Shown piece by piece: positions 41,818-52,055 of a stretch of DNA of 64,000 nt (the first letter of the stretch is position 1; the number at the start of each line of letters is the position of its first letter). Under the pieces are notes generated by a model. The model made no database searches. It was not told the origin of the DNA and saw nothing but the letters and a program-made list of their open reading frames with translations. This DNA comes from an uncultured Methanoregulaceae archaeon (lineage in GTDB: Archaea; Halobacteriota; Methanomicrobia; Methanomicrobiales; Methanospirillaceae), in contig OY970343.1 of assembly GCA_963717525.1 (NCBI GenBank), positions 868,233 to 932,232 on the forward strand. Reading direction: 5' to 3'. The translations under genes and the position numbers were made by a program.

Positions 41818-42417
41818 TTACCGGGAGGTTTTCTCGTCGGTTTTATCAGCCGGTTTTATGGGGAGCCGGCAGCTGTTGATGATAAAAGTGTGCGGGGATA
41901 CGGGCACTTCGTCGCCCTCTTTTAAGGTAAGCCCTATAAAGATAGCAAAGAGCCCAAGAACAAAGGAGATGGTGCCAACCACGGTCATTACGATAAAGGA
42001 CCGCATGGCCGGAACAAAGGTAAGAAAGATATAAAGCAGGATCACGCTGCTTGCGATTACGGCGCCTACCAGATAATGTTTCGTCTCCTTCCTGGTCAGC
42101 GCACACGATATCCCGGTGTAGCCGGCATAGAACGCCAGCACGGCAATGGCAAGGACGAAAACGAACGAGAGAGAGGACGGAAAGAGCATCTCGATGATAC
42201 CGATAACTAACAAAGCCGCAGAACAGAGAAACCAGAATAAGGATTCATCTGTAAGGGAGGTGATGGCGATCAGAGCGCAGATTATTATTCCTGCGATAAG
42301 AAGCACCCAGAATATCCCGGTAAAAAAGGCGAGGACAGGCCCCGGTACCACCAGCGCAAGCCCGCCAAAGATCACTCCTGCCAGACCTTTCAGGAGGCAG
42401 GATAGTTTTGCATCCAT
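41818..42417 (-). CDS. Multi-pass membrane protein (HdeD/DUF308-like)
   Basis: LLKGLAGVIFGGLAL..P start; about six hydrophobic helices. Confidence 0.65.
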   Translation of the reverse strand: MDAKLSCLLKGLAGVIFGGLALVVPGPVLAFFTGIFWVLLIAGIIICALIAITSLTDESLFWFLCSAALLVIGIIEMLFPSSLSFVFVLAIAVLAFYAGYTGISCALTRKETKHYLVGAVIASSVILLYIFLTFVPAMRSFIVMTVVGTISFVLGLFAIFIGLTLKEGDEVPVSPHTFIINSCRLPIKPADKTDEKTSR

Positions 42418-42470
42418 AGAATTACGTCACTGTGATCGCGTTAATAGTTTCGTATGTGCTACAGGGGTGT

Positions 42471-42695
42471 TTACTCACGCCCGAACCCGAAAAACTCTAT
42501 GCCCACTACTTTTTCCAGCACGTAAAGGATGGCAAAGAAAAAAACCGCGTACAGGACAAAGCTGATGACAAAATTCACCCAGCCGGTCAGGCCGGAGTAA
42601 TTCATGACAATGTTTGAGAGTGCATCTGCAATAATAATCGCAACGAGGATCCCAAGGAAAAAGATCACCCATTTCTTGACATCGGCAAATTCCAT
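42471..42695 (-). CDS. Small two-TM membrane protein
   Basis: 74 aa, two hydrophobic helices, ends GIEFFGFGRE. Confidence 0.7.
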   Translation of the reverse strand: MEFADVKKWVIFFLGILVAIIIADALSNIVMNYSGLTGWVNFVISFVLYAVFFFAILYVLEKVVGIEFFGFGRE

Positions 42696-42986
42696 ACAGA
42701 TCATGTGACCTCATCCCTATTAAAACTCCCAAAACCTGCACAGGTCAAAGGACGCAGTATTCTCATCCCCATCGACTGCAAAAAGATGTAATCCTTGAGG
42801 GAACCCCATGCGTGCAGGAGAAAGCCGGCTGCACCACTCTAAGAAAGTATTTGTGCAAAACCTTCCCAACATCACGCAGACACCCGGGATCGCTACCGCT
42901 GCCGGGCCACGAAATGTTTGGGCCTGCGCAAGGAAAAAAGAGCACGATTGCCGGGAAAGAGATACTCTACCCCAAAACATCAGCTT

Positions 42987-43334
42987 ATGACAGGAAGAAA
43001 CACGCGCGAACTGCTGCATGGCATCCTTGACGAAATCGTGCAGATCTCCCGGCTGACCGAAGGACGACAATACGAGAATTTTTACCGGGACGAGCAGGCC
43101 TATGGAAAGGTTACCGTCTGCATCAGGGCCATAGGCGAGATGGTGCGGGGAATCCCGACCATTGTCCGGGTGAAATACGCGCTCGTGCCCTGGAATGAGC
43201 TTGGAGCATTCGAAGAGGCAATCGGCCGGGTAGAGCCGGTCAACCGGCCCCGGCTTGTCTGGAAGATTAGCACCGAAACTCTTCCGCGTATCCGGCTGAT
43301 GGTGGAAGACCTGCTCAAAGAGATAAAAACATAA
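42987..43334 (+). CDS. HepT/DUF86-like HEPN protein lacking the RxxxxHxY motif
   Basis: Scaffold L..ILD.I..I, F..DE....V..I..IGE, IP....KY..VPW, VW....LP; the expected RN.LIH.Y is replaced by EEAIGRVE. Confidence 0.7.
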   Translation: MTGRNTRELLHGILDEIVQISRLTEGRQYENFYRDEQAYGKVTVCIRAIGEMVRGIPTIVRVKYALVPWNELGAFEEAIGRVEPVNRPRLVWKISTETLPRIRLMVEDLLKEIKT

Positions 43335-43473
43335 GATTGGCGCAGCGTGTTTTCAGGGCATCCGGCCCGCACATCTTTACGAGAGGATGATGCTCCTTAT
43401 CTTCCGGTCTCGATCACCCTTTTTTACCCCTGAGTCGCGAATGCTTATGGCGCCATGAGGCCTTTGTACTGGC

Positions 43474-44016
43474 ATGGATGAAGAAGATCCCGGTTTCCTG
43501 CCCGGTGCTGATGCCCCTGTGTCGCCGGAGCCTGTACCTGTACCGGCAGCACCCATGGGTCGGGGGTTCTGGGCAGTGATGACCCTTATAGGTATCCTGA
43601 TTCTCCTCATCATTTATGCCCAGGTCCAGGGTATAACCCGGCCTGTCTCGGTCAACCTGACCGGCACCAGCTGGACGCTTGACTCGTATGCGGACGCGGC
43701 AGGGAGAATGGTCACGGTAAATACCGGAAATGAGGTAAACCTCTCGTTTGATCCTGAAAACACAACAACTCTGGACGGATATGCAGGCTGTAACTGGTAC
43801 TCGTATACATATTTCAGATATAACACCACCATGCTTCAAATCGGGAACGGGACGTCCACTCAGCGGTTCTGTGATGATACCGGCGTGATGCAGGCCGAAT
43901 CGGCTTACCTGCGTGATCTTAACAACACGTCTGTCGTCAGGTTCCGCAGCGGGCAGCTCACCTTATACGATGCAACCGGGAAGCCAATTCTCATATTCAA
44001 GCAGTCCAGCAGCTGA
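43474..44016 (+). CDS. META-domain (HslJ-like) membrane-anchored protein
   Basis: TM, LTGTSWTL, GYAGCN, ST..FC, MQAESAYL. Confidence 0.88.
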   Translation: MDEEDPGFLPGADAPVSPEPVPVPAAPMGRGFWAVMTLIGILILLIIYAQVQGITRPVSVNLTGTSWTLDSYADAAGRMVTVNTGNEVNLSFDPENTTTLDGYAGCNWYSYTYFRYNTTMLQIGNGTSTQRFCDDTGVMQAESAYLRDLNNTSVVRFRSGQLTLYDATGKPILIFKQSSS

Positions 44017-44167
44017 CCCGGTTGCCTTTTCATTTTCTGCTGGAGACTGGCTCTGTTAACGGTCCGTGAATGGTCGGCTTTTATGCTGGAAACCAGACTG
44101 CACGTATATACGAACATTAAAAAAAGGCGGGTACAAGAAGTAGTAAACGGGAGTTGGAAGAGAAGTT

Positions 44168-45475
44168 ATGGATGCAAAGAGCGAACGAAAGGAAGGCGTG
44201 CTCATCTTTTTTATCAATGGTAGGCTGGACGCGTTCGGTGCCCAGCAGCTGGATGAATGGATAAAAGGGGCGTTGCACGACGATGATAAGGAACTGGTGC
44301 TGGACCTCTCCGGTTCCACATACCTCTCGAGCGGTGGATTGCGTACGTTCAATGCGTTAAAAAAGGAGATGAAGCGCAGGAACGGGCGCTTTGCCCTAGC
44401 AGGAGTCGGGGAGTACCCCAGAAAAGTGCTCGACATGGCCGGGTTTTCGACCATCCTTGAGATCTTCCCGACTGCGGATACAGCTGTCGAAGACATGCGA
44501 AAGAAGCGTAAGAACCCGACGCTTTTTAACGAGATTTTCTACAAGAAGATCGAGGAGGAGGGCGTTACACTTACCATAGAACCGGGCTGGATGACCCATC
44601 CGCCCGCACTCAAGATCACCGGGGACCTGTCGAAAGTACTGCATGCACGGCTCACCGAATCCGATATCAGGACTAATAAGTTCTCCGAGATCACCTACTC
44701 GCTTGGTCTTGGTGCACTTGGGTCCGATAAAAAAGAGGCGATGCCTCTCATGGGAGAGATGATCACCCTGTACGGCTCCATGGTCTGGCTGCCAACCGAC
44801 GGGAATAACACCCCGGATTTCTTAACCCCGCTCGATGCGGAGGGAGACGTCCCGGTCTACACGGGGTATAACGTCACGCTTGACGGCCCGTTCAACGAGT
44901 ACCTGACGCTTGAAACCGGGGATCCCAAAGGCGTCAGCATCGCGGACATCTACCGGATGATCTTCTCCAGCGCAAAAAACCGGGTGAAGAGTAATAAAGG
45001 CGTGGTCGCAGTTGCCATCTGGGGCGTGCTTGAGGGTCTCGCGAGTTCCGGGATTAAGAAGGCGCCGATTACAGGTGTGACGCTGCCCGGCAACACTACG
45101 ATCATGGACCCGGCACAGTCAGCACAGTGGATGGCTTCCGACACCGGCATGTCCTATAAGGGAGACACGCTCGTGAGCTTCGGTTTTGGTATCGATCTTA
45201 CCTGCGACCTTGACGGTTTCCGGGCGGAAGACCTCGATGCCCTCTCTTACGCATACCCGGCAAACAAGGGGACCTCAAAGGTGATGTCCCTCCACAACCA
45301 TGGCGTGGTCTTCCGGGGAGTACCGTACGACGCCTCGCTTGACCTGAATTCACAGGTAAAAAAGATCGTGAACGATGCGACGTTTGTGGATATGCGCCAC
45401 CTGCTGGACAGCACCCGGCTCAAGCGTGCTAAGATCGGCGTTGCCTACATCCAGGAGATCGTCCGGGAACCCTGA
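44168..45475 (+). CDS. STAS (anti-anti-sigma-like) domain fused to a C-terminal domain of about 300 aa, putatively acetolactate-decarboxylase-like
   Basis: N-term GRLDA, LDLSGSTYLSSGGLR, VLDMAGF; C-term SLGLG..GEMITLYG..TDG, GDTLVSFG, HNH, RHLLD. Confidence 0.8.
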   Translation: MDAKSERKEGVLIFFINGRLDAFGAQQLDEWIKGALHDDDKELVLDLSGSTYLSSGGLRTFNALKKEMKRRNGRFALAGVGEYPRKVLDMAGFSTILEIFPTADTAVEDMRKKRKNPTLFNEIFYKKIEEEGVTLTIEPGWMTHPPALKITGDLSKVLHARLTESDIRTNKFSEITYSLGLGALGSDKKEAMPLMGEMITLYGSMVWLPTDGNNTPDFLTPLDAEGDVPVYTGYNVTLDGPFNEYLTLETGDPKGVSIADIYRMIFSSAKNRVKSNKGVVAVAIWGVLEGLASSGIKKAPITGVTLPGNTTIMDPAQSAQWMASDTGMSYKGDTLVSFGFGIDLTCDLDGFRAEDLDALSYAYPANKGTSKVMSLHNHGVVFRGVPYDASLDLNSQVKKIVNDATFVDMRHLLDSTRLKRAKIGVAYIQEIVREP

Positions 45476-45498
45476 AGGTGTTTTCAGGCCCCCTTATT

Positions 45499-45914
45499 CT
45501 ACTTTTTTTTTGTTAAGGTCAGGATATTTTTTCCCAGTTCATACCGGTATCGACTGTGTCGGTAACCCGCCGGATCAGGTAGACGCCAAGTCCCCCGGTC
45601 TCACGCTTCTCCAGAGACAAAGTGATGTCAGGGTCCGGGGTACAAAGCGGGTTGAATGCCGGTGCATGATCCGTAATCTCCACGGTCAGAAGATCAGGAC
45701 CGGCCTCACCGTGTATAGTAATCGTGCCCGGACTTCCGCAGTATCCGTGCCGGATGGTATTGGTGATCGCCTCTTCAACAGCAAGCTGCATATCGAGAAC
45801 CTGCTGGTCAGAAAAACCAGCAGCCTTCATAAACTGCTCGATCTCAAGGGCGACCCCAGGCACCGCATCGAGTTGGGCAGGAATGACAATGTGGGAAGTG
45901 GCGGACAGGATCAC
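45499..45914 (-). CDS. RsbW/SpoIIAB-like Ser kinase (anti-sigma-factor-type HATPase); -1 indel near 45550
   Basis: LAVEEAITNTIRHGY, DHAPAFNP, GGLGVYLIRR. Corrected tail YRYELGKNILTLTKKK-stop. Confidence 0.87.
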
Positions 45915-46232
45915 ACACCCCGTGTACCTGTCTGTCCCTGGTGCCTGCCGGTTATACACACCAGGTACAAAAGCAGCCGGTACCAAATTCCCACCGCAGC
46001 TGGCATACGATTCCTCTGGTTATGATATTCAAATGCCTACCATAAAAAGACGGCTAACAAAACCGGGTCAAAATCGGGCCGGGCAAAACAGATCCGGGCC
46101 AACGGGAAAAATGGTAGCAGCGCCCCCTATAAACAGCACAACCATTTAAAATAAAAGAGAAGGATTATCTCGGTACAGAAAGGATTACTGTAAAAGACGC
46201 CCCGGAATGCGCCAGTCTGCAGGGGGATACTC

Positions 46233-46589
46233 ATGGATATTACCACCACGATACATGATACAGCGGCCGTTCTTTCGGTAACAGGCCGCGTGGATGCCTT
46301 GACCGCCGGAGATCTCGAAGGAGCCATCAACGGCCGTATAGACCGTGGCGAACGGAAGATCATCCTTGATTTTACCCGCCTGGCATATATCTCCAGCGGA
46401 GGGCTGCGGGTCCTGCTTGCGACAGCAAAGAAACTGCACAATGAGGGGGACCGGTTTATCCTCTGCGGCCTCTCCATCGAGGTGCAGAAGGTCATGAACC
46501 TCGCAGGGTTCACGGCCATTTTTTCCATCTGTGCTACGCCATCCGATGCATTGGCCGCGGCAAAAGAGCCGGCCAAGCCCCGCCCCTGA
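46233..46589 (+). CDS. Stand-alone STAS protein (RsbV/SpoIIAA-like)
   Basis: GRVDA, LDFTRLAYISSGGLRVLL, VMNLAGF. Confidence 0.92.
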   Translation: MDITTTIHDTAAVLSVTGRVDALTAGDLEGAINGRIDRGERKIILDFTRLAYISSGGLRVLLATAKKLHNEGDRFILCGLSIEVQKVMNLAGFTAIFSICATPSDALAAAKEPAKPRP

Positions 46590-46641
46590 TCCTGTTCTTC
46601 CGGCCTGCATCCCGGAGTATGGTCCACGGGATCGAAGCCCG

Positions 46642-47410
46642 TCACCCCTCTTTCCCTGTTTTACCAGCCGTTGCAAGGTAGATCAAAAACTGGCTCGTCC
46701 CGTCGATCCCAAGGAGAGAAGCCATCGCGTCATCATCGAACGCAGCAATCGCGCAGACACCACAGCCGACTGCCTCTGCGGCTGAGGTACAGGTTCTGGC
46801 AGACATGGCCGGCATCGAGGTGGAGGTCACGGTACCCGCGCTCGCCGTACCGCCATGTCATACGGTAAGGGACCGCAGTCCAGAGGAAGACCACACCGCA
46901 CCTCATGATAAAATCCTGATCGAGGCAGGCATGAGCAATATCAATGTGGAGCGTGGGATCTGCAGAAACCCGCTGGAGATTGTGGGAGAGGGCGAGGTAC
47001 CGGTAAAGTCCCGGTGCAAGGTCTTCAACATCGTTAATGAGCAGGTACGTCTCGAAGGCATGTCGCGCCCCGGCAGAAGGGACGGTGCGGAAGGTGGCCA
47101 CGCTGCCGTGCACGTGCCGGACTCCCTGCGTACACCAGAGCAGGAACGAGAGTTCCTCAAGGGAGAGTGGTTTTTTCCCGTACGATCGGACGCTGTGCCG
47201 CCGTTCGATGGCCATGCGGAGGTCCACAGAGGGGATCGAAAGTTCTGCTGGTTTCGGAAGAGCGACAATTGGTATGCCGGGCGCTGCCGGTAGATCGAGC
47301 GGAGGCTGAGGCAGGCCGTTCTCCTGATCGGAGCGGCCCAGGTACCGGTACTTCGTGTATTCCATGAATTCCCGGCCGATACCGACAGGTGAGGAAACAG
47401 GGTCTGGCAT
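46642..47410 (-). CDS. SagB/ThcOx-type FMN nitroreductase; indel near 46776
   Basis: RRHSVRSY, LSFLLWCTQG, RTVPSAGARH, WRYGERGYR..LDAGH; tail CAIAAFDD in the next frame. Confidence 0.9.
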
Positions 47411-47553
47411 AGGTAACGATCTATAGGATCCGCCCCAGATAGTCCTTGTGCCGGAACAGCCTGGCGATGGCCCGGCCGGGATCGGCAGAGCAGGTAGTGA
47501 GGAACGGATATCAGTCTCAAAGGAGAACATGTTTCCACAACGGGAGGGATGAT

Positions 47554-48370
47554 ATGCCGGGAGATATTGCACGAGGTCTGGCGGAGGGGCCGCCGCTTGT
47601 AGAGTTTGAGAACGTCACTGTGATCCGGGGCACAACCCGGGTGCTCGAACTCAGTCACGCTTTCCCTTTGCGAAGGTGAGAACGTCGCCATCCTCGGGCC
47701 CAATGGTGCGGGAAAATCATCGCTTGTCAAGGCTATCACCCGTGAGTACTACCCGGTAATCGCAGAAGAGCCCGTAACCTTCCGGTTTCACGGGGAGGAC
47801 AATTGGGATGTCTTTGACCTCCGGTCATTTATCGGGATTGTCTCAAACGATCTCCAGTACACCTTCACCTGCACCATCACCGGTCATGAAGTGATCCTCT
47901 CCGGTTTCTTCTCAAGCATTGGCCTGTTTAACCGGGTGATTATACCTGATATGGAAGGGAAGGCCAAAGCGATCGAACGGCTCCTTAGGATCGAACGGCT
48001 GGCCGATCGGCCCATGAACTCGCTCTCATCCGGGGAGGCCCGGCGGTTCCTGATCGGGCGGGCACTCGCGCCCGGCCCGGCAACCCTCCTTCTGGATGAA
48101 CCCACAAGCAGCCTCGATCTCTCTGCGCTGCACACGTTCCGCCAGGCTATGAGGGCGATAGCGCAGTCAGGGACCGGTATTATCCTTGTGACGCACAACC
48201 TCCACGATATCATCCCGGAGATCACCCGGGTTGTCACGATGAAAGACGGCCGAATCTTTGGAGACGGGGAGAAGACAGCTATGCTGACTGATGAAAAGAT
48301 CGGCCGGCTTTTCTCGGTGCCGGTCCATGTGCGGGAAGAGGACGGCTGGTATTATGCGACCGGGTACTAA
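47554..48370 (+). CDS. ABC transporter ATP-binding protein (ModF/YlmA-like); indel near 47655
   Basis: GPNGAGKSS in the corrected frame, LSSGEARR, LLLDEP, VTH. Confidence 0.85.
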
Positions 48371-48571
48371 CGTATCCGCCAGCGTGGGAGCGGCCGGTTA
48401 AGAAATCCCGAAAAAAATCCGGTTGGCATGGTCTTTATCTGTGTGCAGGTGACAAGAATTTCTTACCTCATCAGGTACCGGGATTTCCCCCCTCATCCCT
48501 GATGATTCGATAACCGGCACAGGCAGACTTCGTTGAAAACGATGGCCAATCTGCCGGTCGCGAGGTTTTCT

Positions 48572-49136
48572 ATGGAAAAGATCCAGCTGCATACCCAGGC
48601 TCCCGCAGCGCCGCTCCCGATCGTTATCGCCGGCGCTCTCGTACAGGGAAAGGAGAACTACCTGACAATAGGCGCGTATGGCATCATGTCCATACAGCCA
48701 CCGGTGGTCTATATCTCATCCATGAAGGCCCATTACACGAATGCCGGGATAAAAGAGACCGGCTGACTTCAGCATCAACGTGCCGCCGGCAGGACTTGTC
48801 AGGAAGACCGACTACTGCGGACTTGTTTCGGGGCGCGACACCGACAAGTCCGGGGTTTTCACACCGTTCTACGGCAAGAAGAAGCTCGCCCCGATGATTC
48901 GCGAGTGCCCGGTCAATGCACTCTGTAAACTCGTAAAGACCGTAGAACTCCCCAATAACGACGTTTTCATTGGCGATGTCATCGAATATTATCTGGACAA
49001 AAGCTGCCTTGCAGATGGCATCCCCGATCCAAAAAAGACCGAACCACTCCTCCTGTACGGCCACTCGTACCGGAGGCTGGGCCGGGCTGCCGGCACTGCC
49101 TTTGCAGCCGGGAAAGCACTCATGAAGAAGCGTTGA
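48572..49136 (+). CDS. Flavin reductase (flavoredoxin-like) family protein; +1 indel near 48765
   Basis: HYTNAGIKETG.FSINVP, TDYCGLVSGR, APMIRECPVN. Confidence 0.87.
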
Positions 49137-49264
49137 AAATATTTTTTCCTGTGCGGCACGAAGAGAACAGGCGATGCATCGGGGTCACCCTGTCCAAAGT
49201 CGGGCACCGGCCTGTCAGCCGTTAATACCCGGCATCGCGGAAAGTCCGGGTAGAGTCCGGAGGA

Positions 49265-50218
49265 TCAGGCACTCTCCCTCATCCCGATCACATTCCGGAT
49301 CTGATCCTGTGTCTCCTTCGGTGTCCCGGTGGTGTTGAGCAGGTAGCATTCCGTCCGGTCGATGAGATCACCGATGTATTGTTCCCGGAGGGCGGTCTTG
49401 CGGGCGTCCCGTACGAGAAGGTGAGGGTTGAAATACCCGTTCTCCGTAAAGAGCGCAAGCGCCTCGCACTTCTCCAGCCGGCAGAGTATCCGGGAATTGG
49501 CCGGGTACCGGTGCAGGATGATGAGCGTCCCGAGGGTGGAAAGCGGGAGCAGCCTGCCCTTTCCCACCACCCACCGGATGTCGGCCACTGCCCGCCCGTC
49601 TGCGTCAAACTCGTCTGCAGCGACAAGGCCGTCGAACTCCTTCCATATTGCGGAAAGGTCCTGCCGGATGTAGAAGTTCCGCTCGGATCCGTACGCAAGG
49701 ATCTCTGGGCCGAAGATCCGTGCAAAGAACCAGTCGTCAGAGATGATCCGGGCGTGGGGATCACGGAGGAGGCCATAGGTCTGCGTGGTCTTTCCCGCGC
49801 CAGATAACCCGACCATGCCAAGACCTTTTCCGGCAATGTCAACGCAGGCGCCGTGGACCGAAGAGATCCCGTGCTCGTCCTCAAGGATATCACCACACAG
49901 TCCGAGCGCAATAGACTTGATCCAGCCGTAGTAGGAGAAGTTTGAGAGGAATGCAGTCTTGGAGTACGGATCGAACTGCACGGTGTTCTCACCCACGGAT
50001 GGGTCCCTGAAAACATAGAGCCGGCCGTGCGACCGGATGTTCTGGGACATCGGGTAAAAGTTCTCCTGCCAGGTCTCGAGCAGCGTCCGGTCATCGGAGA
50101 TCAGCTTAATACAGCAGCCGAATATCTCGGACTTGATCTCGTACCTGGCCCGGGGGGCACAGCGCCCGGCGAGCCGCTCTTTCTCCTCCGGGGAGATCAG
50201 GGTAACATTGTAGGTCAT
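49265..50218 (-). CDS. HPr-kinase/PEPCK-like P-loop protein
   Basis: VHGACVD..G.G...GLSGAGKTT, ISDD. Confidence 0.75.
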   Translation of the reverse strand: MTYNVTLISPEEKERLAGRCAPRARYEIKSEIFGCCIKLISDDRTLLETWQENFYPMSQNIRSHGRLYVFRDPSVGENTVQFDPYSKTAFLSNFSYYGWIKSIALGLCGDILEDEHGISSVHGACVDIAGKGLGMVGLSGAGKTTQTYGLLRDPHARIISDDWFFARIFGPEILAYGSERNFYIRQDLSAIWKEFDGLVAADEFDADGRAVADIRWVVGKGRLLPLSTLGTLIILHRYPANSRILCRLEKCEALALFTENGYFNPHLLVRDARKTALREQYIGDLIDRTECYLLNTTGTPKETQDQIRNVIGMRESA

Positions 50219-50370
50219 GGAATAGCCTCGGACATGACGCACTTCTCTTGATAATCCGGCGTACCGGGATAGGATGCTTTCGGTTGGTAAGTGTCCGTAC
50301 GTATTGCCGGTACACAGGAATTGCAAAATATCTGTATCTGATAAATACGGAATAAGAGGAAAAACGCCAA

Positions 50371-51566
50371 TTACGGGATAGCGTCTGTATCGATAAAACA
50401 GAACGGATCCTCAGTGGAAAAATCACCGGTCTTTGCAAACGCCCGTACCCGGCAACCCCCGCCACAGAAATCGAAATACCCGCATTTCCCGCACTTTCCA
50501 CCGACATGAGCGGGTTTTTTACGGAAGCGCTCAAGCACCGGGTGCGCAGCATCTGCCCAGAGTGTACCTGAAAGGCTGCGTCCGGATATTCCCGATAAAA
50601 AAATCCGGGGATCGGGCAAACTGGCAGGGATACACATTGCCGCACGGGTCGATATTGGCTACCCGGCTCCCTGCACTGCACCCGCCTTTTGAGGACTCCA
50701 ACAGTTCGCGGGCATCTGCAAGGTCAGCAGAGCCATCCCGCTCCATGGACCGGATCAGGTGGACACAGTCCTGCGGTGCATCGACGGTGAGAAATTCCAT
50801 GGTGCCGGGATCGGTCTCCTGCGCTTTCCGGTACAGCAGGTCAAGGGCAGTGGTAACCTCGCCGGGGGCGAGCTGGAGGCGGGAATAGTCTGTCGCTCCC
50901 CCTGCCACTGGGGACGAGCCAGTACAGGCAGAATCGGGAGGCACCCAGGGAAAGGGCCAGGTCAACGATGGCTCCCAGTTCGCCGGCGTTCTCCTTTGTC
51001 AGCGTCACCCGTACACCGCAGCGGACCCCGGCCTCGTGACACCGGGCAAACGCCGCAACGGACCGGTCGAATGCCCCGGGCGTCTGCCGGAAGCGGTCGT
51101 GCGTTTCCGCAGTTGAACCGTCCAGAGAGATACCGGCATATTCGATACCACATTTTTTTATCTTTTCAGCAACTTCCGCTGTGATCAGTGTCCCGTTTGT
51201 GGAAAGCGCGGTCTTGATCCCTCGTGCGGCGGCATGGCCTGCAAGTTCCCAGATATCGTGGCGCAGCAGCGGCTCTCCTCCTGAGAAGAGGATGAGCGGA
51301 ACTCCCATGCCGGCAAGATCATCGATGAGAGCCAAGGCCTCGGCAGTGGTCAGTTCCCCCTCCGTCTGCCGGTCGGGGCCTGAGCGGCTGTAGCAGTGGG
51401 TGCAGGTAAGATTGCATTTCTCGGTGAGATTCCAGAATACAACGGGTCGAGGCATTTCAGAAAAAGCAAGGTACCTGCTGGGGACTTGGCCGGCAGGAGT
51501 GCGCCGGTGCTTCATAACCTCGCTCACGGTTCCCCGGCCATGCAGGCACTGGGTAATCCGGTTCAT
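50371..51566 (-). CDS. ahbC: 12,18-didecarboxysiroheme deacetylase, radical SAM/SPASM (AhbC/NirJ1); indels near 50890 and 50560
   Basis: [60 protein letters not shown]. Confidence 0.85.
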
Positions 51567-52053
51567 TTAGAGGTCGCCCCCGTCCTCGCTGATACGGACA
51601 TTGGGTACGCGTTTGAACTCTTCAGGTACTAAAAAGGACGATATAGTCGCTCACGCCGATCTGGTCGGCAATTGCTTTGACCTCAGCATGTACCGCATCC
51701 CGGTTTCTCCCGTGGTGGACAGTATAGAAGGAAAACTCCCACTGACCAGGGACGGGGCGACGCTCGTAGCAGTGCGTCACGCAGGGAAATCCTGCAAGAA
51801 GAGGCCCGATATCCCGATGTGATGGATCTGCCGGTCTCCATGCAACAAGTGCGTTCGCCGAAATACCTGCCAGCCTCTGGTTGACGCGTGCCGTGAATTT
51901 CCGGACAATTCCTGATGATTTCAGATTCCGGATCCTCTCCTGCACCTCTAAACCGGTCAGGCCCAGGCGGTTACCGATCTCCTCAAACGGTTCCGGGATC
52001 AGAGGGAGCCCATGTTCCAGTTCCCGCAAGAGACGAATATCTAGAGAATCCAC
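51567..52053 (-). CDS. ahbB: Siroheme decarboxylase beta subunit (AhbB/NirH-like); +1 indel near 51626
   Basis: LPLIPEPF, ANALVAW, VTHCYERR, YTVHH, corrected STEEFKR. Confidence 0.88.
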
Positions 52054-52055
52054 CT

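Noticed and set aside
48764-48766. In-frame TGA as selenocysteine in the flavin reductase (also TGA at the end of the ahbB ORF)
   Set aside because: The downstream coding sequence continues in a different frame, so these are indels, not read-through
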